A stretch of DNA of 64,000 nucleotides from Gemmatimonadota bacterium. Its GTDB lineage: Bacteria; Gemmatimonadota; Gemmatimonadetes; Palauibacterales; Palauibacteraceae. A program made the position numbers and the translations under genes. The DNA lies in NCBI GenBank assembly GCA_039588495.1, contig JBDGZR010000007.1, positions 2,301-66,300 on the forward strand, given 5' to 3'. How positions within the stretch are numbered: position 1 is the stretch's first letter; the number at the start of each line of letters is the position of its first letter. Under the pieces are notes generated by a model. The model ran no database searches. It was not told the DNA's origin and saw only the letters and a list, made by a program, of their open reading frames with translations. This document shows positions 46,402 to 55,204 of this stretch, piece after piece.

Positions 46402-47591
46402 CGCTTCGCCTCCTTCCCGACCCCGATTCCCAGCCAGACCGGCTTGCCCATGTCGTCCCGCTCGCGGAGATCGGCGACGACCTCGTCGATCATCGAGGGC
46501 GTCACGTCGCCCCCGCACAGGCCCGTCAGGTAGCCCTGGATCAGCAGCTCGTCACCGTCGCCCTGGAAGACGGATCGCAACTCCTGCCAGAAGATGCCGC
46601 CCACTCCGGCGGCGTAGTTGCGGTCCAGCACCGCCACCTTCTTCGCGCTTCGGCAGGCTTCTCTCACAGCCGCTTCCGGGAACGGCCGGAACATCTTGAT
46701 CTTGATCAGGCCGATCTTCTCGCCTTCATCCCGACGGCGGCGGACGACCTCCCGCGCCGTCGTGGCAATCGTGCCGGAGACGACGAGCACCTCTTCCGCG
46801 TCATCCGTGAAGAAAGTCTGAATCGCGTTCCCGGGGTCCCGTCCCATCTCCTCGATGAACGCGTACCGGCACTCCTCGAAGGCTTCCGGCACCCGCTCCA
46901 TCGCCTCGTCGATCTCGAGCCTCTGCGACATCGCGACGTTGGGCCACACGAGGCCTCCGAGCGTCGTCGGAGCCTCGTGCCTCAGGCGGTGCGGGAGGTC
47001 GAGATCCGGGAGGTAGCGATCCACCTCCTCCTGCTCGGGCAGCTCGGTCCCCATCTGCGTGTGCGACAGGATAAACGCGTCCAGCGCGACCAGGGCGGGC
47101 AGCAGGATCCGGCGGTCTTCCGCCAACCGGAAGGAGAGCAGCGTCGTGTCCAGCACCTCCTGGTTGTCCTCGCAGTAGAACTGGATCCAGGGGAAGTCCC
47201 GCAGCATCAGGGTGTCGCCCTGGTCCGCCCAGATGTTCCAGGGCGGCCCTAGGGTCCGGTTGACCGCCACCATGACGATCGGCAGCCGGTAGAAGCCGGC
47301 CACCATGATGTTCTCGACCATGTAGGCGATCCCGTTCGAAGAGCTGGCCGTGAACGCCCGTGCGCCGGCCAGCGAGGCACCGATCGACACGCCCATGGCG
47401 CTGTGCTCGCTCTCCACCGGAACCACGCGTGTCTTCGAGAACGGAAACCTCGCGACGTACTCGACGATCTCCGTCTGCGGCGTGATCGGGTAGATGCCGC
47501 AGGTCGCGCCGCGCGCGTGCCGGTTGGCCTCGGCGGCTGCGCCGAGGGCGTATCCGGCGGCGTGGTTGCCCGTAACCAGTTCGGCAGGCAT
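46398..47591 (-). CDS. porA: 2-oxoacid (pyruvate):ferredoxin oxidoreductase alpha subunit
   Basis: 397 aa with PorA/KorA family similarity (GNHAAGYALGAAAEA...GIYPITPQTEIVEY). Confidence 0.85.
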   Translation of the reverse strand: MPAELVTGNHAAGYALGAAAEANRHARGATCGIYPITPQTEIVEYVARFPFSKTRVVPVESEHSAMGVSIGASLAGARAFTASSSNGIAYMVENIMVAGFYRLPIVMVAVNRTLGPPWNIWADQGDTLMLRDFPWIQFYCEDNQEVLDTTLLSFRLAEDRRILLPALVALDAFILSHTQMGTELPEQEEVDRYLPDLDLPHRLRHEAPTTLGGLVWPNVAMSQRLEIDEAMERVPEAFEECRYAFIEEMGRDPGNAIQTFFTDDAEEVLVVSGTIATTAREVVRRRRDEGEKIGLIKIKMFRPFPEAAVREACRSAKKVAVLDRNYAAGVGGIFWQELRSVFQGDGDELLIQGYLTGLCGGDVTPSMIDEVVADLRERDDMGKPVWLGIGVGKEAKR

Positions 47592-47621
47592 CGATGCTCC
47601 TATTGGGGACTCACAGGTGGC

Positions 47622-49925
47622 TTAAAGGTGGCTCATCAGGATCACGTTTCGCGGACACTCCGTCACGCAGACGCCGCAGCCCTTGCAGAAGGAGTAGTCG
47701 AACACGAGCTCGTGGCCGACCCGCTTGAGGACCCCCTCGGGGCAGTACGTCACACAGAGATCGCACTCGTTGCAGACGCCGCAGGAGAGGCAGCGCGTCG
47801 CTTCCGCCGCGTCCGTCAGGCCCGTGTGGATCTCGTCGAAGGTGGACCGGCGGACCTCCGGCGCGACCGCATCTCCCTCCGAGACAGCCAGCCTCTCGAA
47901 CAGGTGAAGACGCATGGCGTCGGCTCGAATGACATCGTCGTGCCAGACGTCGACGTCCCGCCGAGCCGCCGCGTGCTCCGTGATCGTCAGATGCTCGCCG
48001 CTGAGAGCCGCGTGCATCTGGAAGGCGGACCGCCGCCCGCTTCCGATGGCGCCCGCCACCGTTCCATCGTTGGTGGCCAGATCGCCCACGGCGAATACCG
48101 GCGTCTCGAGCAGGCCGAGCAGCCGCTCCCCCTCGCGCACTTCGGTGCCCTCCGGAAAGACGCTCATGTCGGGTGATTGCCCCAGGGCCAGGATCACGCG
48201 GTGGCATGGGAGCTCGAAGTCGGAGCCCTCGATCTCGACGGGCCGCCTACGTCCCGACTCATCCGGCTCACCCAGCTCCATGCGGCGGCAGACGAGCTGA
48301 TAGACTCGACGGCGGCTTCCATCCGTACCGCCTGACCCGTTGGCGCCGTTGCCCCCTCGAGTACGGTCCGGCCGAAGCACGATCGGCTGGGTGAGGAAGT
48401 CGATCGGCACCCCTTCCTCCAGCGCCTCGTCGATCTCCTCGCGGATCGCCGGCATCTCGTTCCGGGTCCGCCGATACACGACCTTGACGCTGTCGGCTCC
48501 GAGCCGGAGCGCCGATCGCGCGGCGTCCATCGCCGTGTTGCCTCCGCCCACGACGACCACGTCCTCCCCATCCACTCGCACCTCGTTCCGGTGCGTACGA
48601 TCGAGGAAGTCGATTCCCTGCTCCACTGCCTCGCTGTCCCCGACCCCCAGCCGCAGCCCGCGGAGCTCCTGGAGCCCGGTCGCCACGAGCACGGCGTCGA
48701 CGCCTCGCGTCAGGTCGAGGAGAGTGGGGCGATCGATCGGATGCTCCGTCACCACCCGGACACTGAGGCCGAGGACGCGGCCTATCTCCCGGTCCAGCAC
48801 ATCCTCGGGAAGCCTGAACTGAGGAATGCCGGTTCGCAGGAGTCCTCCGATCTCCGGACCCGACTCGTAGATCGTCACGCCGTAGCCCAACCGGGCCAGC
48901 TGATAGGCCGCCGAGAGTCCGGCCGGCCCCGAGCCGACAACGGCGACCTTCTCTCCCCGGCTCGCCAGTGGCTCGATTGCGACCTCGCCGGTATCTCCCG
49001 CGAAGCGCTCGAGTTGGCGCACGTTCACGGCGCCGTCCAGCTCCACTCGGTTGCAGGAATCCATGCACGGCGCCGGGCAGACCCGCCCGCAGGTCGACGG
49101 AAACGGCGTGGTCCGAAGCAGTATCTCTAGAGCGCCGTCCGTGTCATCCCCGGCCAACGCGTGCAGGAATCCCTGCACGTCGTTGCCCGCCGGGCACACG
49201 TGATTGCACGGCGGGACGTACTGCTGCCGCTTCGGCTGCTGCGTGGCCCACTGGCCGGTCTTGATCCCCGGCAACCCGCCGCCGGCGCCCTCCAGGAAGC
49301 TGGGCCCGCGCTCGGTGGCCACGAACGGCGAGGTCGCCGCGCCGTCCTCCTTCCCTTCCATCGCTTCGGTGACGCCGGGCAGCTCCGCGCAGCGCACGCG
49401 CTCGAAGGCCTCGGCGGCAGCGGTCTCGTTCCCGCCCCCGAAGCCCAAGTGCTGTAGAGCAGCCTGCATCTCATCGAGCGGAATCTCCAGCACCGCACCG
49501 ACGGCTCCCGCGAGCGCGGTGTTCACGATCGGCACGCTCCGGGTCCCCAGTTCGTTGTCGCGCGCGATCGCCGTGGCGTCCACCGTCGCCACGCGGTTCT
49601 GCGGGTATCGGTCGGCGAAGCTCTCCGGCCGCTGGTCCGTGTTGATGAGGATCCAGCCGCCCGGCTCGAGGCCGTCCGCGACCGCCGGGCCGATAAGGGT
49701 CGGATCGAGGACGATCACGTGATCCGGCGCGTAGATGAGGTTCCGGTTGGCGATCGCCTCGTCGTCGTAGCGGCAGAACGCCTGCAATGGGGCGCCGGAC
49801 CGCTCCGCGGCGTACAAACCGAACGCCTGCACGGACTGACCCTGGAGGAAGCGGGAGGTGGCGATGATCTTCGCCAACGTCACGCCTCCCTGGCCTCCGC
49901 GCCCGTGTATTCGAATCTCGACCAT
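47622..49925 (-). CDS. fusion protein: OFOR gamma subunit + GltD-like NAD(P)H:FAD oxidoreductase (glutamate-synthase small-subunit fold) + OFOR delta subunit (2x[4Fe-4S])
   Basis: Start at MVEIRIHGRGGQGG behind an AAGGAGAT RBS; the ORF-track ORF extends to 50072. The N-terminus is PorG-like. The middle carries CNHVCPAG...CGRVCPAPCMDSC Fe-S ligands, then VAVVGSGPAGLSAAYQLARLG and VVVVGGGNTAMDAA dinucleotide folds. The C-terminus carries CLSCGVCNECDLCVTYCP and CKGCGVCVTECP. Confidence 0.8.
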   Translation of the reverse strand: MVEIRIHGRGGQGGVTLAKIIATSRFLQGQSVQAFGLYAAERSGAPLQAFCRYDDEAIANRNLIYAPDHVIVLDPTLIGPAVADGLEPGGWILINTDQRPESFADRYPQNRVATVDATAIARDNELGTRSVPIVNTALAGAVGAVLEIPLDEMQAALQHLGFGGGNETAAAEAFERVRCAELPGVTEAMEGKEDGAATSPFVATERGPSFLEGAGGGLPGIKTGQWATQQPKRQQYVPPCNHVCPAGNDVQGFLHALAGDDTDGALEILLRTTPFPSTCGRVCPAPCMDSCNRVELDGAVNVRQLERFAGDTGEVAIEPLASRGEKVAVVGSGPAGLSAAYQLARLGYGVTIYESGPEIGGLLRTGIPQFRLPEDVLDREIGRVLGLSVRVVTEHPIDRPTLLDLTRGVDAVLVATGLQELRGLRLGVGDSEAVEQGIDFLDRTHRNEVRVDGEDVVVVGGGNTAMDAARSALRLGADSVKVVYRRTRNEMPAIREEIDEALEEGVPIDFLTQPIVLRPDRTRGGNGANGSGGTDGSRRRVYQLVCRRMELGEPDESGRRRPVEIEGSDFELPCHRVILALGQSPDMSVFPEGTEVREGERLLGLLETPVFAVGDLATNDGTVAGAIGSGRRSAFQMHAALSGEHLTITEHAAARRDVDVWHDDVIRADAMRLHLFERLAVSEGDAVAPEVRRSTFDEIHTGLTDAAEATRCLSCGVCNECDLCVTYCPEGVLKRVGHELVFDYSFCKGCGVCVTECPRNVILMSHL

Positions 49926-50078
49926 CGAGCGGATCTCCTTGCCTGCGGAACGGCTCCCGCAACTTGCTACAAAGCTAGGAAGGGCTGTGGGATAGGTCTG
50001 TAGGGCGGGTTTCGCGACAAGATGTGGTGGAATCTCCCGCAGGATGCCTGGGCCGGGGGGAGATCCCCGCAAGAACGG

Positions 50079-50468
50079 TCAGAGTCGGCGGATACGGTAC
50101 GCCCATAACGGCGCCAGCAGGGTCGTGAACGGCACGAGCACCCAGATCCGACCCCGGAGGATGTCGTAATCGGCGAGCAGCATCTCCCAGGAGTTGCCGA
50201 ACAGGAAATGGCCGGCGATAAACTCGAAGGCAAAGGCGAGCAAGACCCACACGATCCCGACGGCCAGGGCATCGCGGCGCGAAGCCGGACCGATCCAGCC
50301 GAGGCTGACGACCGCAACGGCCAGGATCACGATGCAGAAGACCACGGTGCTGGTCACGTGGCCCGCCTGCTCGCCGACGGCGGGCGTGATGAACACCTCC
50401 CGCACCGTCCCGTTCAGGATGGCGAGGAAAGCGAGGAGGAACCAGATAATCGTCGCTCGGAGTAGCAT
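50079..50468 (-). CDS. small integral membrane protein, four TM helices
   Basis: Start at MLLRATIIWFLLAFLAI. Hydrophobic profile. No recognised family. Confidence 0.4.
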   Translation of the reverse strand: MLLRATIIWFLLAFLAILNGTVREVFITPAVGEQAGHVTSTVVFCIVILAVAVVSLGWIGPASRRDALAVGIVWVLLAFAFEFIAGHFLFGNSWEMLLADYDILRGRIWVLVPFTTLLAPLWAYRIRRL

Positions 50469-50491
50469 GGGTGCTCGTCCCTTCGCCGTCG

Positions 50492-51028
50492 CTAGCTCGG
50501 GTGCCGTGGAGCCAGGATCGGCAGATACGCCCTCCACGGCCCGACCTTCGCATCCAGCTGCTTGGCCATCACGCGCCCGATCTGTGCGATGTGACCCAGA
50601 TCGTGAACCACCCAGGTCGAGAGCAGCTCGCCGAGGGAGACGACGCCGAGGTCGGGATGAAGGCCCGTCCGGCCGAAGTCCGCCGGCTCGAGCTCCAGCT
50701 CCTCGAGGATCTCGAGGTTCTTCGCTCTCAATCCCTCGAACTCGGCGAGGAGGTCCTCGAGGCTCTTGCCGCGCGATTCCTCGTACTGCGCGAAGCGGTC
50801 GAACGGCTCGAAGGCCTGCGTCTCCCCGTGCTCCAGGATGATCCGCAGGCGAGGGATCCAGTCGGTTCGCTCCCCATGAACCAGGTGGCCCAGGATGTCG
50901 TAGGGGCTCCAGGTCTCCTCCCCTTCGCTCCCCTGCTCCAGCTCCTCCGGGATTCCCTCCAGCATCGCTCGAAGCACGTCGGGCGTCCGCCCCAGAACCG
51001 CGAACGCCGACTCCAGATCTATCTCCAT
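50492..51028 (-). CDS. DinB/YfiT-like (DinB_2) four-helix-bundle metal-binding protein
   Basis: 178 aa. YDILGHLVHGERTDW and VVHDLGHIAQI are His-motifs typical of DinB_2. Confidence 0.65.
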   Translation of the reverse strand: MEIDLESAFAVLGRTPDVLRAMLEGIPEELEQGSEGEETWSPYDILGHLVHGERTDWIPRLRIILEHGETQAFEPFDRFAQYEESRGKSLEDLLAEFEGLRAKNLEILEELELEPADFGRTGLHPDLGVVSLGELLSTWVVHDLGHIAQIGRVMAKQLDAKVGPWRAYLPILAPRHPS

Positions 51029-51035
51029 CGCGCCC

Positions 51036-53306
51036 TCAACCTACTACGATCTGCCAGATCCGCGTCACGGCAAAGCAGACCGAGAACCCCATCGCGAGGG
51101 GCAGAAGAGCCGAGACCGTCGTCCACCTCACGCTGCCGGTCTCGCGATAGATCGTGTAGAGGGTGGTCGAGCACGGGTTGTGAAGGAGGCTGAAGAGCAT
51201 GAGGCTCACGGCCGTCAGCAGGGTCCAGCCGCCCGCCCTGAGAAGCTCCCCCATGGCGAACGCCGATTCCGGCTCGAACATCACCCCGGTCTCGGCGCCG
51301 ACCCCCGCGATCCCCGCAGAGAGCACCGTGAGCATGAGGACCGTCGGAATCACGATCTCGTTGGCCGGGATCGCGACGACGTAGGCGAGCAGGATTACGC
51401 CGTTGAGCCCGATCAGCAGGCCGAGCGGGTTCAGCCACGAGATGAAGTGCCCGGCCAGCGGCGTCCCTCCGACGGAGACGTTCGCCACCAGCCAGATGAC
51501 GGCACCCGCCGGCGCGGCGAACAACACGGCTCGCCAGAGGACGATCAACGTTCGATCGATTACCGACGTGTAGAGCGTTTGGAGGATCCGCGGCGGGCGA
51601 TAGGGCGGGAGCTCCAGGCTGAACGTCGTCGCCTCTCCTCTCAGGAGCGTGCGCGACAGGAGCCAGGATGCCGCGAACATGGCCACGATTCCGATCAGAG
51701 CGACCGCGACGACGGCGACTGCCGAAACGAGACCCGCGAGATGGGCGGGAACGAGGGCGCCGATGAAGATCGTCGCGATCAGGATCTGCGTGGGCCAGCG
51801 CCCGTTGCAGAGTGAGAAGTTATTGGTGATGACCGCGATCAACCTCTCGCGCGGACTGTCGATGACGCGCGTCGCCACGACCCCGGCCGCGTTGCAGCCG
51901 AAGCCCATGCACATCGTGAGGGACTGCTTCCCGTGGGCGCCGACCCTCCGGAACATGCCATCCAGGTTGAAGGCGACCCTCGGCAGGTACCCGAAGTCCT
52001 CCAGCAGGGTGAACAGGGGGAAGAAGATCGCCATCGGCGGAAGCATCACGCTGACCACCCACGCGGTGGCCAGGTAGACGCCGTCGATGAGAACGCCGCT
52101 CGCCCACCCGGGGAAGCGCACGGCCTCCGCGAGGCCCAGGAGCCAGGGGCGCCCGTTCTCGATCAGCAGGACGCTGAGAAGCCTCGATGGGACGTTCGCG
52201 CCGACGATCGTGATCCAGAAGACCGCGGCGAGGATCAGGAGCATCAAGGGAAAGCCGAGCCACCGGCTGGTCAGAACGAGATCCAACCTTCGGTCCAGAT
52301 CGAACTTCACGCGCCGGAGACCCCGCTTCTCGCTCCTCCGGGCGATCCCCTCGGCGGCCGCGAATACGGTCTCCACGACGGTGTCGTGAAAGTCCCGGGG
52401 AAGCTCCCACCTGAGCGCAGAGGCTTGCTCGAGCACCCTCCTACGTGCCGCCGCCGATGTGTCGGACGAACCCGGCGGCAATCTCGTCACGTCGGTCGGA
52501 ACGCCGCCGCCGGTCTCGGCGCTCGCGCCATCGGTACCGATGATCCGACCGACGTCTCCGCTTCGAAACGCCTCCTCTACGGATTCATCCGCGTTGAGTA
52601 GCCTGAGCGCCACCCAACGTGCGTTCGGCAGGTCCGGGTAGATGTTCTCGACCATCGGAACGAGCCGTTCGATCACCTGCTCCACCGGCTCGGCGTGCCT
52701 CTCGATCCGCCGCGGCCTGGTCTCGATCGATCCGCTCGCCACGCCGTCGATCGCCTCGAGCAAGTCGGGGATTCCGTCGCCCCGGCGCGCCACGGTCGGC
52801 ACCACCGGCACCCCGAGCTCCTCGGTCAGGCGGCCCGGATCGATTGCGATGCCGTGCCGCCGGGCCTCGTCCATGAGATTCAGGCAGACGACCACCCGGT
52901 CCGTGATCTCGAGGATTTGCAGGACGAGGTTCAGGTTGCGCTCGAGCTGCGTCGCGTCCACGACGACGACCGTGACGTCCGGACGACCGAAGAGGACGAA
53001 GTCCCTCGCCACCTCCTCGTCGGTGCTTCCCGCCTGAAGCGAGTAGGTGCCGGGGAGATCCACGACCTTCACCCGCTTCCCGTCGCGGGAGTACACGCCC
53101 TCCGCCCGGACGACGGTCTTGCCCGGCCAGTTGCCGGTATGCTGCCTCAAGCCGGTGAGCTCGTTGAAGACCGTGCTTTTCCCCGTGTTCGGATTCCCGG
53201 CCAGCGCGACGAGGTAGTCCCACCGGCCCGGGCTCAGACCCAGGCGCACGAGGCTCTCGGTTCTCGCGTCGCAGCCTCGGCAGGGCTCGGCGGACAGGCT
53301 CATCAT
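51036..53306 (-). CDS. feoB: ferrous iron transporter FeoB
   Basis: 756 aa. N-terminal G-domain GNPNTGKSTVFNELTG, DLPGTYSL. The C-terminal polytopic membrane domain carries FeoB gate motifs. Confidence 0.9.
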   Translation of the reverse strand: MMSLSAEPCRGCDARTESLVRLGLSPGRWDYLVALAGNPNTGKSTVFNELTGLRQHTGNWPGKTVVRAEGVYSRDGKRVKVVDLPGTYSLQAGSTDEEVARDFVLFGRPDVTVVVVDATQLERNLNLVLQILEITDRVVVCLNLMDEARRHGIAIDPGRLTEELGVPVVPTVARRGDGIPDLLEAIDGVASGSIETRPRRIERHAEPVEQVIERLVPMVENIYPDLPNARWVALRLLNADESVEEAFRSGDVGRIIGTDGASAETGGGVPTDVTRLPPGSSDTSAAARRRVLEQASALRWELPRDFHDTVVETVFAAAEGIARRSEKRGLRRVKFDLDRRLDLVLTSRWLGFPLMLLILAAVFWITIVGANVPSRLLSVLLIENGRPWLLGLAEAVRFPGWASGVLIDGVYLATAWVVSVMLPPMAIFFPLFTLLEDFGYLPRVAFNLDGMFRRVGAHGKQSLTMCMGFGCNAAGVVATRVIDSPRERLIAVITNNFSLCNGRWPTQILIATIFIGALVPAHLAGLVSAVAVVAVALIGIVAMFAASWLLSRTLLRGEATTFSLELPPYRPPRILQTLYTSVIDRTLIVLWRAVLFAAPAGAVIWLVANVSVGGTPLAGHFISWLNPLGLLIGLNGVILLAYVVAIPANEIVIPTVLMLTVLSAGIAGVGAETGVMFEPESAFAMGELLRAGGWTLLTAVSLMLFSLLHNPCSTTLYTIYRETGSVRWTTVSALLPLAMGFSVCFAVTRIWQIVVG

Positions 53307-54301
53307 CGCGCGCTATCCGGCTCACCCGGCGAGCCGGCCGAAGCGGGCTCAATCTCGATCGACGCCGCCTGGTCGCGCCGGAAAGCGATGAGCGCGCCGC
53401 GGATACGGTACGCCACCGGATCGCCGCCCGAGCTCGACAGCTCCGGGGTGATCGTGGTGCCGGGCACCACGCCCAGGTCCAATAGGCGTCTCCGGTTCGG
53501 TCCCTGGCAGGTCGGCGAGATCCGGCTCACCGTCACCGCCTCTCCCAGGCCAGCATCCGCCAGCGTCTTCACCGGCTCGCCGGCGGCGACCCCGGCGGGG
53601 AACGGCTCGACCGTCACGTTGGCGGCCGCCACGGTGTCCAGAACCTGCTCGCGGCCGGCGATGCGCAGCCGCAGAACCTCGGCGTCCGCCTCCAGAACCT
53701 GAACGCCGGAACCCGGCGCGAAGCCCTGGGCCACGAGGGTCTCGAAGATCTCGGGGGGCTCGTCCTCGACGTGGATCACCTCCGCGCTCCGACCGGCGTC
53801 GAGTCGCGTGAGCGGAGTGCCCCTCGGGGGCGGAAGCTCGCCCTCCCGGGTCGGGATCGGATCGCCGTGCGGGTCGAAGAGGGGCCGGCCCAAGCGGAGA
53901 TCGAGCTCTTCGGTCTCTTCCTCGGTCAGCCGGTGCTCCATCCGGTCGGCCGCCGGGTGCCAGCTAGCCGGTTCCGCCCCGGTTCGATGCGCCAGATAGT
54001 GCTCCCAGAGGCGGTGGGTCCGCAGAACCCTGACGGCCGAGCGCCGCCCCTCCTCCGTGAGGCCGAAGGCCTCTCCTTCGGGGCGCACGAGAGCCAGGCC
54101 TTCCAGGCTCGTCAGCAGACGGGCCGCGGAATCCCGCGATGATTCCAGGCTACCGGCGAGGCTTTCCAGGGTGCAGGGTCTGCCCGCCCGCTCGCAGTCG
54201 TACAGGTGCTTCAGGGCATCTTCGAGAGAGATTCGCTCGGCGGCCTCGCGGCGGCGCTCGCGGGACTGGAACGGCCTGAAGCGGTACCAGAACGCACTCA
54301 T
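53303..54301 (-). CDS. DtxR/IdeR-like metal-dependent regulator fused to two FeoA (SH3-like) domains
   Basis: The N-terminal wHTH and dimerisation region includes RTHRLWEHYL...MEHRLTEEETEELDLRLGRPLFDPHGDPIP, as in DtxR. Two consecutive FeoA-like modules follow (LTRLDAGRSAEVIHV...GFAPGSGVQVLE and KTLADAGLGEAVTVSRI...GVVPGTTITPEL...AYRIRGALIAFR). Overlaps the feoB start by 4 nt. Confidence 0.7.
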   Translation of the reverse strand: MSAFWYRFRPFQSRERRREAAERISLEDALKHLYDCERAGRPCTLESLAGSLESSRDSAARLLTSLEGLALVRPEGEAFGLTEEGRRSAVRVLRTHRLWEHYLAHRTGAEPASWHPAADRMEHRLTEEETEELDLRLGRPLFDPHGDPIPTREGELPPPRGTPLTRLDAGRSAEVIHVEDEPPEIFETLVAQGFAPGSGVQVLEADAEVLRLRIAGREQVLDTVAAANVTVEPFPAGVAAGEPVKTLADAGLGEAVTVSRISPTCQGPNRRRLLDLGVVPGTTITPELSSSGGDPVAYRIRGALIAFRRDQAASIEIEPASAGSPGEPDSAR

Positions 54302-54424
54302 GGCTGCTCTTGAATGGTTGAAATTTAGGGACGTCTAAATTTGTGTCTGCGGGAGCCCGGAGGCAAGGGCTTCGTTCCCGCTCGTTCAGGCTTGGTGCTC
54401 TTCAGCCCGAGTCCTTCTCGCCCG

Positions 54425-54610
54425 TCAGCCCGAGTCCTTCCTGCTTGCCAGCATGAGCCCGCTGGCCGCGGCCAGCAGGAGCAGCGGAAGGAAGAGCGGC
54501 AGGCTGGAGATCCCCAGGGAGGCTAGAACGAAGAGCACGATGGCAACCACGCCGGAGAGGATACCGGCGCCGCGAAGCCAGCGAACGTCACGATCGGATG
54601 AGTTGCTCAT
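54425..54610 (-). CDS. possible small membrane protein (~61 aa)
   Basis: Internal start MSNSSDRDV. One or two TM helices. No homology recognised, so it may be spurious. Confidence 0.25.
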   Translation of the reverse strand: MSNSSDRDVRWLRGAGILSGVVAIVLFVLASLGISSLPLFLPLLLLAAASGLMLASRKDSG

Positions 54611-54632
54611 CTGCGTTCCTGTCCTTGCAGCG

Positions 54633-55094
54633 TCAGCCTTTCTTGCTTCTCCGCACCCTGCGGCCATCCTCGTATCGAACGATAAACTCGTCCACCCCCA
54701 CCGATCCGATCGTGTCGCCGATCAGGCCCAGCGGAAGGTCATCCAGCTTCCTGAACCGCACGCACGACTGTCCCACGTCCAGGCGCTTTCCGGTCGCCCT
54801 GTACGCGTCCTCGAACTCCTGGCGCCCCACATCGTCCATGTAGATGCCGGTCAGATAGACCGCCATGTGGTTCTTCTGGGAAGCCAGCGCCGCATACATG
54901 AGCGGCTTCTTGTTGTAGGTGTCCGGGTAGCGCTCCAGCGGAACCTCGTAGGAAATCATCCCCCAGTTCATGGCCTCCTTGAGGCCATCCGGGAGGTTGG
55001 CGACGATTACCTCGCGGACCCTCTCGATCGCTTCCCTCCGGTCGGCGGGCAACCCGCACAGGTAGTCCTCTACCGTCGCAGCTTCGGATCGCAT
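54633..55094 (-). CDS. DUF1801 (YdhG/YjbR-like) domain protein
   Basis: The start at MRSEAATVEDYLCGLPADRREA matches DUF1801 N-termini. The ORF-track ORF extends to 55229. Confidence 0.55.
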   Translation of the reverse strand: MRSEAATVEDYLCGLPADRREAIERVREVIVANLPDGLKEAMNWGMISYEVPLERYPDTYNKKPLMYAALASQKNHMAVYLTGIYMDDVGRQEFEDAYRATGKRLDVGQSCVRFRKLDDLPLGLIGDTIGSVGVDEFIVRYEDGRRVRRSKKG

Positions 55095-55204
55095 GTCACC
55101 CTCCAGACGTTTTGTGCAATCTCCACGCCTTCGATCGTCACCCCGTCTGTAAAGGCTGTCAACCGGACGGCCATGTCGATCGAAGATCAAAGAGGAGACG
55201 AGCG

